Shown here piece by piece: positions 51,001-54,000 of a stretch of DNA of 54,923 nucleotides. Within the stretch, counting starts at the first letter, position 1; every line of letters starts with the position of its first letter. A program made the position numbers and the translations under genes. The notes beneath the pieces were generated by a model. The model had not been told where the DNA came from. It did not search any database and saw only the letters and a program-made list of their open reading frames with translations. This DNA is from Candidatus Omnitrophota bacterium (GTDB taxonomy: Bacteria; Omnitrophota; Gorgyraeia; Gygaellales; Profunditerraquicolaceae): contig JBFZAG010000152.1 of assembly GCA_041309145.1 (NCBI GenBank), positions 1 to 54,923 on the forward strand, read 5' to 3'.

Positions 51001-54000
51001 CGGTCTTGCTTTCCGGAGACCTCTTCATTTCTTTCGCGAAATGGGAACCAGGAGGTATCGCAGTCAAAGAAGCGCTTGCCGCAGGGAATGTCTGCCTGGT
51101 ATCTGATGTCGGCGGACATAAGTCTTCAGTTATTTCTGGATTCAACGGCAGCCGTTTTTCCGTCCTTGAATCCGAGCACAGGACTGTCCGGGAAATGATC
51201 GTGCCGGAGTTCGACAAGCTGTTTTCATTATGGCAGGAAAGAAAAACCGACAACAGCTGGAATACCATGGTCAAAAACGCCTTGTTCTCTGACAACCGCT
51301 GGGACAGGTCGATGGTCGACATCGAAAACCTCTTTAATTACGCGGTTACCAGTGGCGAAAACACGAAGCAGCCGGACGGAGGAAAAGTAAAAAATGACGT
51401 GTCGAAATGGCTGTTAGTGTTTGATTTTGACGGGACCATGACTGATCTTGACAAAAAGAGCGAATATTTTGAGAAAGTTCCTCCGGCTTTAGAGAATGCC
51501 TTGATCAGAGCGAGGAATAAGGGAGCCAGGATTGCGATATTATCGGGAAGAGCCCCCAACTTTGTTTATGATCAATTAAACCAGAAGACACAGTTATTGA
51601 GCGAGCTCAAATACTCCGGACAAGTAGCGTTTTTGGGAGAGCTGGGCGGCCATATCGCTTATTGCACTGACCGCTGCGAGTTCGTCAAAGACTCGGATTA
51701 TTCGCTGGAGCTTTCCGAAGAGTTAAAAGCTAAGATCTTAGAGAAGATAAAAAACAAATTGACCGAGCTCGGGCTTATCGACCATCTGGTAATGCAGGGA
51801 ACTGTCGGGAAAATCATCCTCAATGACCGCAAGCAGTCGTCGCGCACGCTGAAGTTCGAAGGAAAAGAGTTTGAAGCTTATGCCCCGGAGATCTTTGATT
51901 ATCTCAAAAGGGAACTGAAAGCCGACAGTGTCTATGTGTTCAACAACAATAATGTCGCCATCGACATTGGTTTGACCGCCAAAGGGCTGGCTTTAAAGGA
52001 ATTTGCCGGGAGAGCCAATATCGCGATAGAAAACATATTTATAGCCGGAGACAGCGGCAATGACCTGGATATGCTTTATCTGGTGTTCGAAGGAGCGATT
52101 GGCGCATTTGTCAAAAATTTTGAGGCGATCCCCGAAGATCTTAAACCTAAACTGATTTTAGTCAAAAATCCCGAAGAATTAGGTTGGCTTCTCGAGAAGA
52201 AGTTCGATCTCAAAGACGGCGGAAACCAGATACCATTTCCTTTCCCCAACCTGTTTGATAACCAGCGCGGCTGGAACGATCCGGAATGGCTGGAGGCTTA
52301 TTTAGTGGCGGGCGCGCTGCTCAAGGTCGCGGATGACGTTAACGCCGGCATTCCAGCGGAGCAGATCGCGGAAGCAGCAATCGGGGAGTTCGCGGATCAC
52401 GGTCTTGCCGCAGACCGGGAAAAGATCGTTCAGCGACTGGAAGGCTTGCGTCGCAGAGGACTGATCCGGAACAGCGATAATAATATGGCGATCCGTCCGG
52501 AGAGCACGGTTTATCTGAATGTCGAACCGCGGGTGGTGGCGGTCTGGGCGGATGACTTTAATTATATCCAGTCGGATATCGAGCGGGCGATCGTCGCCGG
52601 AAGGAACGAGCTTTTAAACACCATAGACGCTTACAGCGGGATAGTCGCGCAATGGCCGGAATACCCGGTTGAGGCCAAATATCCGGTTTTGCGCGCGATC
52701 GTCCAGATGAGCCGGCCGGGGCAGAAAATTCTGGTTGATTGGCTGTCCAGCCGCGGTTTTTCGAACCGTACTTCCCTAGTGGATGCGATCCTGCTCATGC
52801 TGGATTTTGAAAATGCCAGAAAAGACTGGCTGTCATACCGCGCGCCCCAGCTTTTGGGCCGGAACATTTATCTTGTGGCCGCGGAGATCTCTTTGCTGGC
52901 CGGCGGACTGGGCCGGGTGATGCAGTATCACGGGACCGCGATGCACCAGCTTTGCGCGGGCAAAGCCAAAGTCATCTATGTCGAACCGGATTATCCTTTT
53001 ACCCGCGATCAAACAGGTAAAGTCATTGATCTGCATTTTGATAAACTGGCTATACCTGTGCGCGGGATCAGGAAGCTTGATCAGCGTTTTAGCACCTTCG
53101 TAGCCGGCAAACCCGTAGAGTTCGAAGTGTCTACCGGGATAAACAGCCTGGGGGTTCCGGTATATATGATCAAAGATGTCCCGGGCTATTATGTGAATAT
53201 TCTTTACGAATACAGCACTCCGGAATCACCGGCTTCTAATTTCGAGTTCACCGAATTTTTCACCAAGGCAACGCTGGAGTTGATCCGCTATCTGGAAGTC
53301 CGGGAAAAGCGCGAGCAGGGCTCCGCGTATAAAGCGCCGCTGGTTGACGCTAACGACGGCCAGGCCCTGCCGCTGGTGGCCTGGCGCCGTATTTTTTACG
53401 GAGAAAAAGAAAAAATTGTGCGGGGGGATTCTTCAGAAGAAGATATTACTGACGCCTATGAGATATTGCGCGACGCGGTATTTTGCGGCACAACCCATAC
53501 TTACCGCAACCGGGTCATGATCGGCGGAGATATCAAAGCTTTCGGTTTGCCATTCTTGAAAGCCGCCGGAGTTTCCGATGAATGGCTGTGGATATTTTTG
53601 CGCAAAGAGCTTGAAGGCTCGCTGCTGTGGGATTTTACCAGCGCCGGGCTGCGCTGCGCTGACGTGGCCAAGGGGGTAAGCGCCATCCACGCTTACGAGA
53701 TGAATGCCCGCGATCCTTCGGTCAGGCTTTTCGGCTTGACGAACGGAGATAACCGTTTATATTCCTCAGAATATTTCCGCCAGGCGCTCGCTCAGGCCGG
53801 CTGCGTTGATTATGAAGACGCTTCCGGCGAGCAGGTCGCCGCGGCCAAGCGGATCTCCAAGGAAGCGTTGGGGCTTAATCCGAGCCAGATGGTCATTTCT
53901 TATTCCGGCAGGCTGGTCCCGGAAAAAGCCGGACAGGAGCGGGCTTTCTTTGAATCCAATATCGAGGCCATGGTCAAGGCCGGCATCCAGGTTATTATTT

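Noticed and set aside
3333-52223. Recurrent AAAGACGGCGG as a CRISPR array or tandem DNA repeat
   Set aside because: The spacing between DGG sites is highly irregular, from 87 nt to 7.4 kb. Every copy is in the same reading frame within coding sequence, and there is no repeat-spacer periodicity.
117-52223. GGAGG/GGCGG in the delimiter acting as Shine-Dalgarno sites for internal translation starts
   Set aside because: Only a few sites are followed by ATG or GTG within a plausible distance (for example 37521 atg, 129 gtg, 9429 gtg), and the spacing is too short or inconsistent. Most sites have no start codon nearby. This idea is not excluded experimentally.
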